DNA of 64,000 nt from Candidatus Sulfotelmatobacter sp. Its GTDB lineage: Bacteria; Chloroflexota; Dormibacteria; Dormibacterales; Dormibacteraceae. The stretch lies in assembly GCA_035602465.1 (NCBI GenBank), contig DATNMQ010000149.1, positions 16,534-80,533 of the forward strand, given 5' to 3'. Each line of letters starts with the position of its first letter. The stretch's first letter is position 1. The notes under the pieces were generated by a model that worked only from the letters and a program-made list of their open reading frames with translations, was not told the DNA's origin and did no database searches. This document shows positions 8,933-17,404 of this stretch, piece after piece. The translations under genes and the position numbers were made by a program.

Positions 8933-9481
8933 ATGCCCCAGCACGTAGTCCTGCTCCGCGGCATCAACCTCGGATCACGAAATCGAATCGCAATGTCCGA
9001 GCTTCGCGCGTGCCTCGAGAAAGCCGGATTCAAGGAAGTGGCGACCTATCTCCAGAGCGGCAACGTCCTGCTCAGCAGTGGGTACGGACCTGACAGGGTC
9101 GGCACGAAGGTCAACGCGCTCATCAAGCAGCGTTTCGGCATCGACGTCGCGGTGCTCGTCCGGTCGAGGGCCGAGCTGGCCGAGGTCGTCCACCGCAACC
9201 CGCTGGCCGGCGTCGCGGTCGATCCGAAGCGCTACCTGGTCACCTTCCTGTCAGGCATATTGCCGTCCGGGTATGCCGACGGGCTGGGTTCGGTGACCGC
9301 GCCTCGAGAGCCCTTCGCGGTGATCGGTCGCGAGGTTTACTCGTGGCACCCCGATGGAGTCGGCCGCTCGCCGCTGTGGGAAAGGCTTGCGGCGAAGACG
9401 GCTGGAATCACGGCGACGTCGCGGAATTGGAGCACCGTCACGAGCTTGCTGGCGATGGCGGACGCCGCTACCTCTCGGTAG
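8933..9481 (+). CDS. DUF1697 domain-containing protein
   Basis: The N-terminus [43 protein letters not shown] is the characteristic DUF1697 signature. Confidence 0.75.
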   Translation: MPQHVVLLRGINLGSRNRIAMSELRACLEKAGFKEVATYLQSGNVLLSSGYGPDRVGTKVNALIKQRFGIDVAVLVRSRAELAEVVHRNPLAGVAVDPKRYLVTFLSGILPSGYADGLGSVTAPREPFAVIGREVYSWHPDGVGRSPLWERLAAKTAGITATSRNWSTVTSLLAMADAATSR

Positions 9482-9498
9482 AATCAACCGGCTAAGCC

Positions 9499-9583
9499 GG
9501 GCGGCTGGCGGAACTGGTAGACGCGCACGTTTGAGGGGCGTGTGGGGTAACCCATCCGGGTTCGAGTCCCGGGTCGCCCACCA
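9499..9583 (+). tRNA. tRNA-Leu (anticodon GAG), type II, CCA encoded
   Basis: GGGCGGC-TG-GCGGAACTGGTAGACGCG-CACGT-TTGAGGG-GCGTG-(variable arm TGGGGTAACCCAT)-CCGGGTTCGAGTCCCGG-GTCGCCC-A-CCA. Confidence 0.9.
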
Positions 9584-9656
9584 GCAAGAGGCATCAAGGC
9601 GGTTTGCCAACGTCTTGCCACAGTCTTGACATAACCCAGCCCTAGACTTCTGGGAC

Positions 9657-10631
9657 ATGGCGTCTGTCGTCGAGGTCGAGCGGCTTTCCAAACACTTCGG
9701 CCGCGTGCACGCCCTCAACCAGATCTCATTCGACGTCCAGGAGGGCGAGGTCCTTGGGTTCCTTGGGCCGAACGGCGCCGGAAAGACGACGACCATCCGC
9801 ATCCTCCTCGGTCTTCTCCACGGGGACGGCGGCACCGCGAAGATCGGCGGCCATGATTGCTGGACCGACCATGTGCGCGCGTCGCGTTTCTTCGGGGCCA
9901 CACTCGAGCAGCCTGGGTTCTATGGATTTCTTTCGGGCCGCGATAACCTTCGACAGTTCGCGCGGATGTTGGGACCCGTCGACGAGAAGCAGATCACCGA
10001 GCTCCTCGACACCGTCGGGATGACTGAACGCGGTGACGACAAGGTCAAGCGATACTCGATGGGCATGCGGCAGAGGCTGGCGCTCGCCCAGGCCCTGTTG
10101 GGCAAGCCGCGTCTCCTGGTGCTGGACGAACCGACCAACGGGCTCGACCCGAACGGCATCCACGGCCTTCGCATCCTTCTTCGCAAGCTCGCCACCGAGC
10201 AGGGCTTGACGATCTTCTTCTCCAGCCACCTTCTTTCTGAGGTCGAGGAGCTGTGCGATCGCGTGGTCGTGCTGCACCGCGGCGAGGTGAAGGCATCAGG
10301 ACCTCTCAGCGAGCTCATGAACGTGAAGGGCTTTCGCTACCGGATCGATGTTTCGGACGTCGACAAGGCGCTGGAGGTCGTGCGAGCGGTCGACGGCGCG
10401 AAGGCGGAGCCGGGCACGATCAAGGACTCGATCAACGTCACCGCGGACACCGACATCGCTCGGCTCGTCAATTACGCCCTGGTCAAGGCGGGGATAGGAG
10501 TCGATCAGCTCGTGCGGTCGGAACAGGGACTCGAGGACGTCTACATCCAGCTGACCGGAGTTCCGGTCGCAAGCCCCCTCAGCTCGCCGGTTCCACCGGC
10601 GCCACCCGTGCCTCCGGTGGCACCGCGGTGA
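9657..10631 (+). CDS. ABC transporter ATP-binding protein (ABC-2 exporter type) with a Pro-rich tail
   Basis: Walker A is GPNGAGKTT, the signature motif is YSMGMRQRL, and Walker B is LLVLDEPTNGLD. The C-terminal tail reads PVPPAPPVPPVAPR. Confidence 0.9.
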   Translation: MASVVEVERLSKHFGRVHALNQISFDVQEGEVLGFLGPNGAGKTTTIRILLGLLHGDGGTAKIGGHDCWTDHVRASRFFGATLEQPGFYGFLSGRDNLRQFARMLGPVDEKQITELLDTVGMTERGDDKVKRYSMGMRQRLALAQALLGKPRLLVLDEPTNGLDPNGIHGLRILLRKLATEQGLTIFFSSHLLSEVEELCDRVVVLHRGEVKASGPLSELMNVKGFRYRIDVSDVDKALEVVRAVDGAKAEPGTIKDSINVTADTDIARLVNYALVKAGIGVDQLVRSEQGLEDVYIQLTGVPVASPLSSPVPPAPPVPPVAPR

Positions 10632-11743
10632 GCATCCTCGCCAGTCTGATCCGCAACGAGTTCGAGAAGACGTGGCGCAGCCGGTGGATCGTGTTCGCGG
10701 TGCTCTTCGGGTTGTTCCTGCTGATCGCCGTAGGTCTTTACGCGTACTTCGTCTATCGCGAGCACCGCTGGACACCGCCGCCGTCCGTGGCGTGGCAGGC
10801 GCAATTGCGCGACGAGATTGCTTCCAACCAGCAGACAATCGTGAATCTCGAACAGGTCAAGCAGCAAGCCCAGGGCCAGGGCGGCACGGTCAGGGTGGGC
10901 GGCAGAAACGGACCAGGTCTCTCCATCGATGATGCCATCGCCCAGACGCAGCAGGCGATCGCGGACGACCAGTACCTGATTGACCACAACATCGCGCCCG
11001 TGCAGTCATTCGCCGTGGCGCAAGCGTCGCTGTTTGCGCTGGGCGGAATCGTCATGTTCCTCCTCACCCGAATTTTCGGATGGCTGGCTTCTGAACAGAT
11101 CGCCGGTGAACGCTCCGACCGTACGATCACGATCCTTCTCAGCAGGCCACCAAGCCGAAACCAGGTCCTCTTCGCCAAGGCCTTTGCCTCGTTCCTCATC
11201 AGCCTGGTAGTCGTCCTGCTGGCGCTCGTGATCATCTACGCGATGTTCGCGTTCTTTCTCGGCTCGCCCGGTTCGCTGACCGACCAGGCCGCCGTCGCGA
11301 TGGACGGCGCGAAACCTCTCGGCCCCGGGAACCTGCTGCAAATGCCGATCTACCTATTCGTCTTCATGTGCATTGGCGCGGCCATGCTTGGAGTCTTGTG
11401 CGTGCAAGGGATGAGCCTCCTCATCTCGGTTGTCACGGGCCGGTGGGCGGCGATCGGGATCACCCTCGCGCTGCTCTTCGGAGCACCACTGGTAAGCACT
11501 GTCGTCGCCGGGATCCTCTTCCTGATCAGCGGGAGCCTGGGCTCGGCGCATTTCCTCAACTACCTCTTCTTCAACGTGCTTGCCCCGGTCGGTTCCGTCG
11601 CACCGGCATTCGGCAACAGCACGGCCGCGGCTGGATCGGGCATCAACGAGTTCACGTTCGAGCTCGAGACGCTGGCCGTCTGGACGTTCGGATTCTTCCT
11701 CGCCGCCTGGTTGCTGTTCCGCCGCAAGCAAGAAGCCGGCTAG
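10628..11743 (+). CDS. ABC-2 type transporter permease
   Basis: The GTG at 10628 forms a GTGA overlap with the ATPase stop. The sequence from VSILASLIRNEFEKTWRSRWIVFAVLF is multi-spanning and hydrophobic. The upstream extension to 10253 is Arg/Gly-rich and overlaps the ATPase gene, so I rejected it. Confidence 0.75.
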   Translation: MSILASLIRNEFEKTWRSRWIVFAVLFGLFLLIAVGLYAYFVYREHRWTPPPSVAWQAQLRDEIASNQQTIVNLEQVKQQAQGQGGTVRVGGRNGPGLSIDDAIAQTQQAIADDQYLIDHNIAPVQSFAVAQASLFALGGIVMFLLTRIFGWLASEQIAGERSDRTITILLSRPPSRNQVLFAKAFASFLISLVVVLLALVIIYAMFAFFLGSPGSLTDQAAVAMDGAKPLGPGNLLQMPIYLFVFMCIGAAMLGVLCVQGMSLLISVVTGRWAAIGITLALLFGAPLVSTVVAGILFLISGSLGSAHFLNYLFFNVLAPVGSVAPAFGNSTAAAGSGINEFTFELETLAVWTFGFFLAAWLLFRRKQEAG

Positions 11744-11825
11744 CGACGAGGACATCGCCTGTCGAATCCAGGCATCGCCCTTCGTCGTACTTGGTGACAC
11801 CGCTTATCACGCGAGGAGAGATTGA

Positions 11826-12179
11826 ATGGCCAAGTACATATTCCTTCAGTACGTCGACGAGTCCAAGGCACCGAAGTACGGCTCACCCGAGCTGCAGGCG
11901 GTGATCGACGCTTTCGCGACCTACCTGGAAGAGGTGAAGGCGGCGGGCGCCTTCCACGACGGCGACCCATGCCAGCCGTCGGCGGCAACCTTCAGCGTCA
12001 CGGCGCACGGCGGCCAAGCGAAGACCAGTGACGGGCCCATGTTCTCCGCATCGCCGTGGCTCAACGGCTACTTCGTGCTGGACTGCAAGGACCGCACCGA
12101 CGCGGAATCGTGGGCGGCCAAGAACCCGGCGGCGCGGATGGGTACCGTCGAGGTTCACCCCATCCTGAAGCTGAGCTAG
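11826..12179 (+). CDS. YciI family protein
   Basis: MAKYIFLQYVDES...GGQAKTSDGPMF...NGYFVLDCKDRTDAESWAAKNPAA is YCII-like. GAGGAGAG lies upstream of the ATG. Confidence 0.75.
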   Translation: MAKYIFLQYVDESKAPKYGSPELQAVIDAFATYLEEVKAAGAFHDGDPCQPSAATFSVTAHGGQAKTSDGPMFSASPWLNGYFVLDCKDRTDAESWAAKNPAARMGTVEVHPILKLS

Positions 12180-12243
12180 AGAACCCTCTTTAGCCGGTCG
12201 ATAAGCGGAGCCCAAGGCCGCGGCAGCCATCACACTTACTGCT

Positions 12244-12795
12244 GTGACCGAGGGCCCGCTGCTCGATCCGAAAACTCAGTTTCGCCAGCTGTACGACCAG
12301 GAGTATCGCTCTGTCTTTCGCGCGATCCGCGCCGTGGTCCTGGACCCGTCCGCGGCCGAGGACCTGACACAGGAGACCTTCGTCCGCGCCTACCGGGCTC
12401 GCAACCGGTACACGCCGACCGCCCCACCCGGAGCCTGGCTTCGCCGGATCGGCATCAACCTCGCCATCTCGCACCTCCGCCGCCAGAAGCTGGCCCGCTT
12501 CCTGCCGGCCCGCCTGTACGTTGCCCCGGACCGTCGGGACTACGATCGAGCCGAGGCGCGTGACGTCGTCGAGAAGGCCCTGACCGCTTTGAGTCCTAAG
12601 CTGAGGGCGACTGTGGTGCTCCACTACTACGAAGGGCTGACCCGGGAAGAGATCGCTCAAGTGCTGGGCGTGCCTGCCGGCACGGTGGCCTCCCGGATCG
12701 CCAAAGCGGTGGCGATCATGCGAAAAGCCATGGGGAGCGACCAGCACCTCGACACCGCGCGTTCGAGTAGTGAAGGTGCCCTACGTGGAAGATAA
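12244..12795 (+). CDS. RNA polymerase sigma-70 factor, ECF subfamily
   Basis: Region 2 (DLTQETFVRAYRA) and region 4 (GLTREEIAQVLGVPAGTVASRIAKA) are recognisable. Confidence 0.85.
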   Translation: MTEGPLLDPKTQFRQLYDQEYRSVFRAIRAVVLDPSAAEDLTQETFVRAYRARNRYTPTAPPGAWLRRIGINLAISHLRRQKLARFLPARLYVAPDRRDYDRAEARDVVEKALTALSPKLRATVVLHYYEGLTREEIAQVLGVPAGTVASRIAKAVAIMRKAMGSDQHLDTARSSSEGALRGR

Positions 12796-13057
12796 AACCA
12801 CAGCAGGCGGGCTAAACACGCCCTCCGAAAGTGATGTCAGCCGGATGATCCGGGCAGAGGTGGAGACCTGGCAGCCGCGCCGGGGCCCCGACTGGGCCGA
12901 CTTCACCACCCGGCTCAGCAAAGAGCCGCCTCCCTGGGTGATCTACAGCTCGGCCAGCGTCGCGCTCGTCTTCGTCCTGTTTGCGGCGTTTTTCGTCCTG
13001 TCTTGGCTTCAGGTCGGCGCGTTTGCGCCCCAGCCGAGCAGCCTGACCGGCCACTAG
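12770..13057 (+). CDS. putative anti-sigma factor, single-pass membrane protein
   Basis: The gene overlaps the 3' end of the ECF sigma gene. It has one TM helix (VIYSSASVALVFVLFAAFFVLSWL) and no zinc-binding HxxxCxxC motif. The call rests on position only. Confidence 0.4.
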   Translation: MKVPYVEDKTTAGGLNTPSESDVSRMIRAEVETWQPRRGPDWADFTTRLSKEPPPWVIYSSASVALVFVLFAAFFVLSWLQVGAFAPQPSSLTGH

Positions 13058-13063
13058 AGGCGC

Positions 13064-14014
13064 TCAGAGAAGCTCGATCTCCTCGAAGCCGCCGCGCTTG
13101 CGGGCATTTTCGACGACCACCGTGGCCGCGGCCAGATCCCACAGCGCGAGCCCGTGTGACTCGAAAAGGGTGATCCCGGGCCTGTCCGGCCGCTCCCACC
13201 GCCCCGCGACCACCGCACCCAGCTCGACCGCCTGGTCCCAGCCGAACCGGCCGGCCTCGTGGGCCTGGATCAGATCCCCGCACTCGAGCTTCGCCGCCGC
13301 CAGCTGATCGACGACCACGGTCTGGGCCCGCTCGACGAGCTCGATCGGCACCTCAACCCTGTTGCGGAAGTTCGAGCCGACCGCCGCCACCAGCGCATGA
13401 GGTTCCACCCAGGCGGCTTCGATGACCGGCGTGTGGCTTGTGGTGATCGTGACCACGATGTCCGCGCCCCTGACGGCCGCCTCTGCGGTGGGCGTGTCGA
13501 CGGTCCGAATGCCCAGCTGGCTCTCCTGCTCGGCGGCGAAGATCGCCCGCTTGTCAGCGTTGCGGCTGAAGACCCGCAGCTCCTTGATCTCGAGGACTTT
13601 GGAAAGCGCCAGCGCCTGCGTCGAGGCCTGCCAACCGGTCCCGATCAGGGCCACGGTCGCCCTGCTGGGCATGCCGAGGGCCCTGGCGGCGACCGCTGTC
13701 GCCGCGCCGGTTCGGTAGGCGCCCATGAAGTCAGCCTCGACCAGCGCCTGGAGCGCGCCGTCCAGCCCAAACATGACAACGAGGAAGCGGACGTGGCCGT
13801 CCGCCACCGTGTACGCCTTGAGTCCGGTGACGTTGCGCCCGGGGAAGGCGGCGAACATCACGTTGAGGAGCCCGCCCGGGGCGAACGCCCGCCGCCGCGG
13901 CTCGTTGTGCGCGTCGCCCTCCCCCAATTCCCGCATCGCCTGCTCGACCGCCGCGATCACCTCGTCCATCTCGATGAGCTCCTGGACGTCACTCTCGCGC
14001 AAGATCAGGGTCAC
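13064..14014 (-). CDS. ornithine cyclodeaminase / mu-crystallin family protein
   Basis: 316-aa ORF with a Rossmann segment (VALIGTGWQASTQALAL) and OCD-family overall layout. Confidence 0.8.
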   Translation of the reverse strand: MTLILRESDVQELIEMDEVIAAVEQAMRELGEGDAHNEPRRRAFAPGGLLNVMFAAFPGRNVTGLKAYTVADGHVRFLVVMFGLDGALQALVEADFMGAYRTGAATAVAARALGMPSRATVALIGTGWQASTQALALSKVLEIKELRVFSRNADKRAIFAAEQESQLGIRTVDTPTAEAAVRGADIVVTITTSHTPVIEAAWVEPHALVAAVGSNFRNRVEVPIELVERAQTVVVDQLAAAKLECGDLIQAHEAGRFGWDQAVELGAVVAGRWERPDRPGITLFESHGLALWDLAAATVVVENARKRGGFEEIELL

Positions 14015-14054
14015 GGCAGGGAGAATACCCGCCTAGTGATGTCACGCCTCCGAT

Positions 14055-14215
14055 GCTCCTTGCATATTCGCGACCTAGGCGGCCGGGCGCCTTCGGCGCT
14101 GAAGCCTGCGTCAAGGGGCCTGGCGCTGCGTCGTCACGCATCTGCCGATGCGCTCCTAGCCGCGCCACCCTTTCCTTGGCTCCGGCCGCCGATGTCGCGA
14201 AATATGCGGCGGAGC
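14055..14215 (+). promoter_or_regulatory. structured leader element, copy A (conserved core 14075-14193 plus outer helix), upstream of hom
   Basis: The core is near-identical to 30920-31062. Nested helices P0-P4 can be drawn (see findings). The 3' strand of the outer helix includes the GGAG at 14211-14214, which lies 9 nt before the hom GTG. Confidence 0.55.
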
Positions 14216-14223
14216 ACAGAGTC

Positions 14224-15522
14224 GTGACATCAGGCGCCCGCCCCGTCAATGTCGGCCTGATCGGCCTCGGCACCGTCGGATCGCAAGTCGCCGAAAGGAT
14301 GCTTTCGTGGCAGACGCAGCTGTCGCGTCGCGCCGGCGTCGAGCTTTGCCTGCGCCGAGTCCTCGTCCGCGACCTCGGCAAGCGCCGGACGATCGAGATC
14401 GAGCCCGACCTCCTGACCGCCGAGCCGGCCGATGTGCTCGAGGACCCCGCGATCGAGGTCCTGATCGAGGTGGCCGGTGGCGACGAGCCGATGCGCTCGT
14501 ACCTCGAGCGGGCGATCCAGGCCGGGAAGCACGTGATCACTGCGAACAAGGTCGTGATGGCCAAGCACGGCCCGGAGCTGCTCGACCAGGCGGCCGAGAA
14601 GAATGTCGACATCTACTTCGAGGCGGCGGTCGGCGGCGGCATCCCGCTGATCAGCACATTCCGCACCGACCTGCAGGCGAACCGGATCGAGAGCGTTTCC
14701 GCGGTGATCAACGGGACGACCAACTACGTGCTCGGACGCATGGCGTCGGCGGGCCTGTCGATGCGGGACGCCGTGCGTGAGGCGCAAGAGGCAGGTTATG
14801 CGGAGGCCGACCCGACCGATGACGTCGAGGGTTTCGATGCGACCTACAAGCTCGCGATCCTTTCCTCGATTGCGTACGAGATCAAGGTGCGGCCCGACGA
14901 GATCTATCGCGAGGGTATCGACGGCATCGAGCCCGTCGACTTTCGCTACGCGCGCGAGCTGGGGTTCGCGATCAAGCTCATCGCCCACAGCCAGCGGCAT
15001 CCCGGACGGGTCGAGGCGCGCGTCCATCCGGCCCTGGTTCCGCTGGACCATCCGCTCGCGCGCGTCGAGGGCGCGGAAAACGCGGTCTACGTGGAAGGCG
15101 ACCTGGTCGGCAAGGTGCTGCTCGTCGGCCAGGGGGCCGGTGGCAGGCCGACCGCGTCGGCTGTGGTGGGCGACCTGATCGACCTCGCGCGATCGATCCG
15201 GCGGGGTGTGCAGAGCCGGCCGTCGTTCAGCTTCGATGACCGGATCAGCGTCATCCCGATCGGCGAGGTGACGACGCGCGCTTACTACCGTCTCCGCGTC
15301 GACGACCGCCCCGGGGTGCTGGCCGCGATCGGTCAGGTTTTCGCCGAGGAGGGCGTGAGCATATCGAGCTTCATCCAGAAGGATGCTTGGTCGCACGATC
15401 AGACAGCCGAGCTCGTCGTGACCACCCACCCGTCGCTGGACGCGAGCCTGCAGAAAGCACGCGAACGCATGGCGCGGCTGGAGGCGGTGCGCGCCGTGTC
15501 CTCGTTCCTGCGCGTCTTCTGA
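14224..15522 (+). CDS. hom: homoserine dehydrogenase
   Basis: From the GTG at 14224 the sequence reads VTSGARPVNVGLIGLGTVGSQV (NAD-binding N-terminus) and ends with an ACT domain. The upstream part of ORF 14053.. covers the repeated non-coding element. Confidence 0.85.
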   Translation: MTSGARPVNVGLIGLGTVGSQVAERMLSWQTQLSRRAGVELCLRRVLVRDLGKRRTIEIEPDLLTAEPADVLEDPAIEVLIEVAGGDEPMRSYLERAIQAGKHVITANKVVMAKHGPELLDQAAEKNVDIYFEAAVGGGIPLISTFRTDLQANRIESVSAVINGTTNYVLGRMASAGLSMRDAVREAQEAGYAEADPTDDVEGFDATYKLAILSSIAYEIKVRPDEIYREGIDGIEPVDFRYARELGFAIKLIAHSQRHPGRVEARVHPALVPLDHPLARVEGAENAVYVEGDLVGKVLLVGQGAGGRPTASAVVGDLIDLARSIRRGVQSRPSFSFDDRISVIPIGEVTTRAYYRLRVDDRPGVLAAIGQVFAEEGVSISSFIQKDAWSHDQTAELVVTTHPSLDASLQKARERMARLEAVRAVSSFLRVF

Positions 15523-15534
15523 ATAAGTCGCGAG

Positions 15535-16578
15535 ATGGGCGTCATTGCGCGGTATCGCGAGCGTCTGCCTGTCGGGCCGTCCACGCCCGAGGTTGACCTC
15601 AACGAGGGCTCGACTCCGCTCATCCCGAGCCACAACATCGCGCAGGCACTCGGTCTTAAGCATCTCTACTTCAAGTACGAGGGCCTGAACCCGACCGGCT
15701 CGTTCAAAGACCGCGGCATGGTCGTCGCGGTCGCCAAGGCTCTCGAAGCGGGCAGCCGCGTATTCATGTGCGCGTCGACCGGCAACACGTCGGCGTCGAT
15801 GGCGGCGTACGCGGCGAGGACGGGCGCGCGCGCGATCGTCGTGGTGCCTTCGGGCGAGATTGCTATGAACAAACTTTCGCAAGCGCTTATGTATGGCGCG
15901 AAGGTGGTGGCTCTCAAGGGCAACTTCGACAATGCCCTGGACGCCGTCCGCGATGTCACGAGCCGCTACCCCGTCGCGCTCATGAACTCGGTCAACCCCC
16001 ACCGCATCGAGGGCCAGAAGACGGCCGCGTTCGAGATCGTCGACGAGCTGGGCGACGCGCCCGACTATCTGCTCCTGCCCGTGGGCAACGCCGGCAACAT
16101 CACCGCCTACTGGAAGGGATTCCGCGAGTACCACGCCGCCGGCCGCGCGACGCGCCTGCCCAGGATGGTCGGCGCGCAGGCGGAGGGCGCGGCGCCCATC
16201 GTCAACGGCCACCTGGTGGAGAACCCGAAAACCGTGGCGTCGGCGATCCGCATCGGCAACCCCGCGTCGTGGGAGGGGGCGACCACCGCGCGTGACGAAT
16301 CCGGCGGGATGATCGCGGCGGTCACCGACACGGAGATCCTGTCTGCGCAGATCCGGCTCGCCGGCAGCGAGGGCCTGTTCGCCGAGCCTGCGTCAGCCGC
16401 TCCGCTGGCGTTGCTGTTCAGGCTGGTGCGCGACGGGACGATCGACAAAGACGCGACGGCGGTGGTGGTGCTGACGGGTTCCGGGCTGAAAGACCCGGAC
16501 GCGGCGCTGAAAAACGTCGAACCACCCATCGAGATCGACGGTGACGCGCGCGCACTCGCTAAGGTCTTGAAGCTGTGA
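15535..16578 (+). CDS. thrC: threonine synthase
   Basis: The PLP lysine motif NPTGSFKDRGM is present, and length and order are typical of short-form ThrC. Confidence 0.9.
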   Translation: MGVIARYRERLPVGPSTPEVDLNEGSTPLIPSHNIAQALGLKHLYFKYEGLNPTGSFKDRGMVVAVAKALEAGSRVFMCASTGNTSASMAAYAARTGARAIVVVPSGEIAMNKLSQALMYGAKVVALKGNFDNALDAVRDVTSRYPVALMNSVNPHRIEGQKTAAFEIVDELGDAPDYLLLPVGNAGNITAYWKGFREYHAAGRATRLPRMVGAQAEGAAPIVNGHLVENPKTVASAIRIGNPASWEGATTARDESGGMIAAVTDTEILSAQIRLAGSEGLFAEPASAAPLALLFRLVRDGTIDKDATAVVVLTGSGLKDPDAALKNVEPPIEIDGDARALAKVLKL

Positions 16579-16591
16579 GGCGTCTCGCCCT

Positions 16592-17404
16592 GTGAGAGTC
16601 AAGGTCCCGGCTTCGATCGCCAACATCGGTCCGGGCTTCGACTGCATGGCGATGGCGATCGACATGTGGCTCGAGGTCGACGCCACCGAAGCCGACAGGC
16701 CGGCGTGGGACTACGAAGGCGAAGGCGCTGACTACCTCTACGCGCACGAGAACCCTTTCACCCGGCTGAGCATGAAAGGACGGGTCCGCAGCGAGATCCC
16801 GATGGGCGTGGGCCTGGGCAGCAGCGCGGCTGCGCGCCTGGCCGCATCGGCGTTGAGCAGCCCGTGGGACGTGAAGAGCCACGTGGTCGACGCCGGTGCG
16901 GATGAAGGGCACTTCGACAACGTCGCCGCATCCGCCGCGGGCGGTATCCGCATCGTGTCGGAGAAGGTGGACGAGAAGCTGCCCAACCCTGGCTGGGGCC
17001 TGGCTCTCTTCATCGCGCACCAGCCTCTGCCCACCGAAAAGGCGCGTTCTGTCCTGCCGGACACTGTGCCGCTAGCCGATGCGACATTCAACGCCGCCCG
17101 CACCGCGCTGCTGGTCAGGGCGATCATGTCCAAGCGGTCGGCGGCGCTCGGCGAGGCACTGCGCGACCGGTTGCATCAGCCGCACCGCCTGCACCTGTAC
17201 CCCTGGGCGGAGGAAGTGATTCGCGTCGCCGAGGCTGCCGGCGCCTACGGCGCGGCGATCTGCGGCGCGGGACCCAGCGTCTTTGCGTTCTGCGCTCCGT
17301 CGCAGGCGAACCGCATCGCCAACGCGATGGCGGAATCGCATCCGCTGCGCGGCCGCGCGCTCGTCACGAAGATCACCGACAAGGGCATGTTTCGCACGTT
17401 GTGA
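16592..17404 (+). CDS. thrB: homoserine kinase
   Basis: GHMP kinase N-terminus (VPASIANIGPGFDCMAMAI) and motif PMGVGLGSSAA. Confidence 0.85.
   Translation: MRVKVPASIANIGPGFDCMAMAIDMWLEVDATEADRPAWDYEGEGADYLYAHENPFTRLSMKGRVRSEIPMGVGLGSSAAARLAASALSSPWDVKSHVVDAGADEGHFDNVAASAAGGIRIVSEKVDEKLPNPGWGLALFIAHQPLPTEKARSVLPDTVPLADATFNAARTALLVRAIMSKRSAALGEALRDRLHQPHRLHLYPWAEEVIRVAEAAGAYGAAICGAGPSVFAFCAPSQANRIANAMAESHPLRGRALVTKITDKGMFRTL

Noticed and set aside
10253-10627. N-terminal extensions of track ORFs (10253, 14053, 23187, 24461, 27319, 27846, 31045, 42451, 55433..56710, 4855..5940)
   Set aside because: The extensions overlap the preceding conserved gene or a non-coding repeat and translate to Arg/Gly/Pro-rich sequence. 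Each has an internal start that forms a 4-nt overlap with the upstream stop or that sits where the conserved N-terminus of the family begins.
11746-11790. Imperfect hairpin after the ABC-2 permease gene as a terminator
   Set aside because: The stem has mismatches and no U-tract. It could equally be chance complementarity in GC-rich DNA.
12180-12243. Autoregulatory ECF-type promoter (GGAAC...CGT) upstream of the ECF sigma gene
   Set aside because: Only a partial GAACC was found, with no convincing -10 CGT(C/T) at the right spacing. This is not enough to call.
14075-14193. Possibility that the repeated core is a known riboswitch (SAM-I/IV, lysine, T-box, ykkC/ppGpp, ZTP/pfl, SAH)
   Set aside because: From memory, the conserved blocks do not match the signature sequences of these classes. 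Only trivial similarities exist, such as CTAGG (ykkC-like) or GCGCTGCG (SAH-like). This rests on recall only, so a cmscan run is still needed.
14230-16212. 660-aa minus-strand ORF covering hom and thrC
   Set aside because: It is antisense to two unmistakable biosynthetic genes. Its composition is dominated by R/A/D/G/H, and no domain signature is present.
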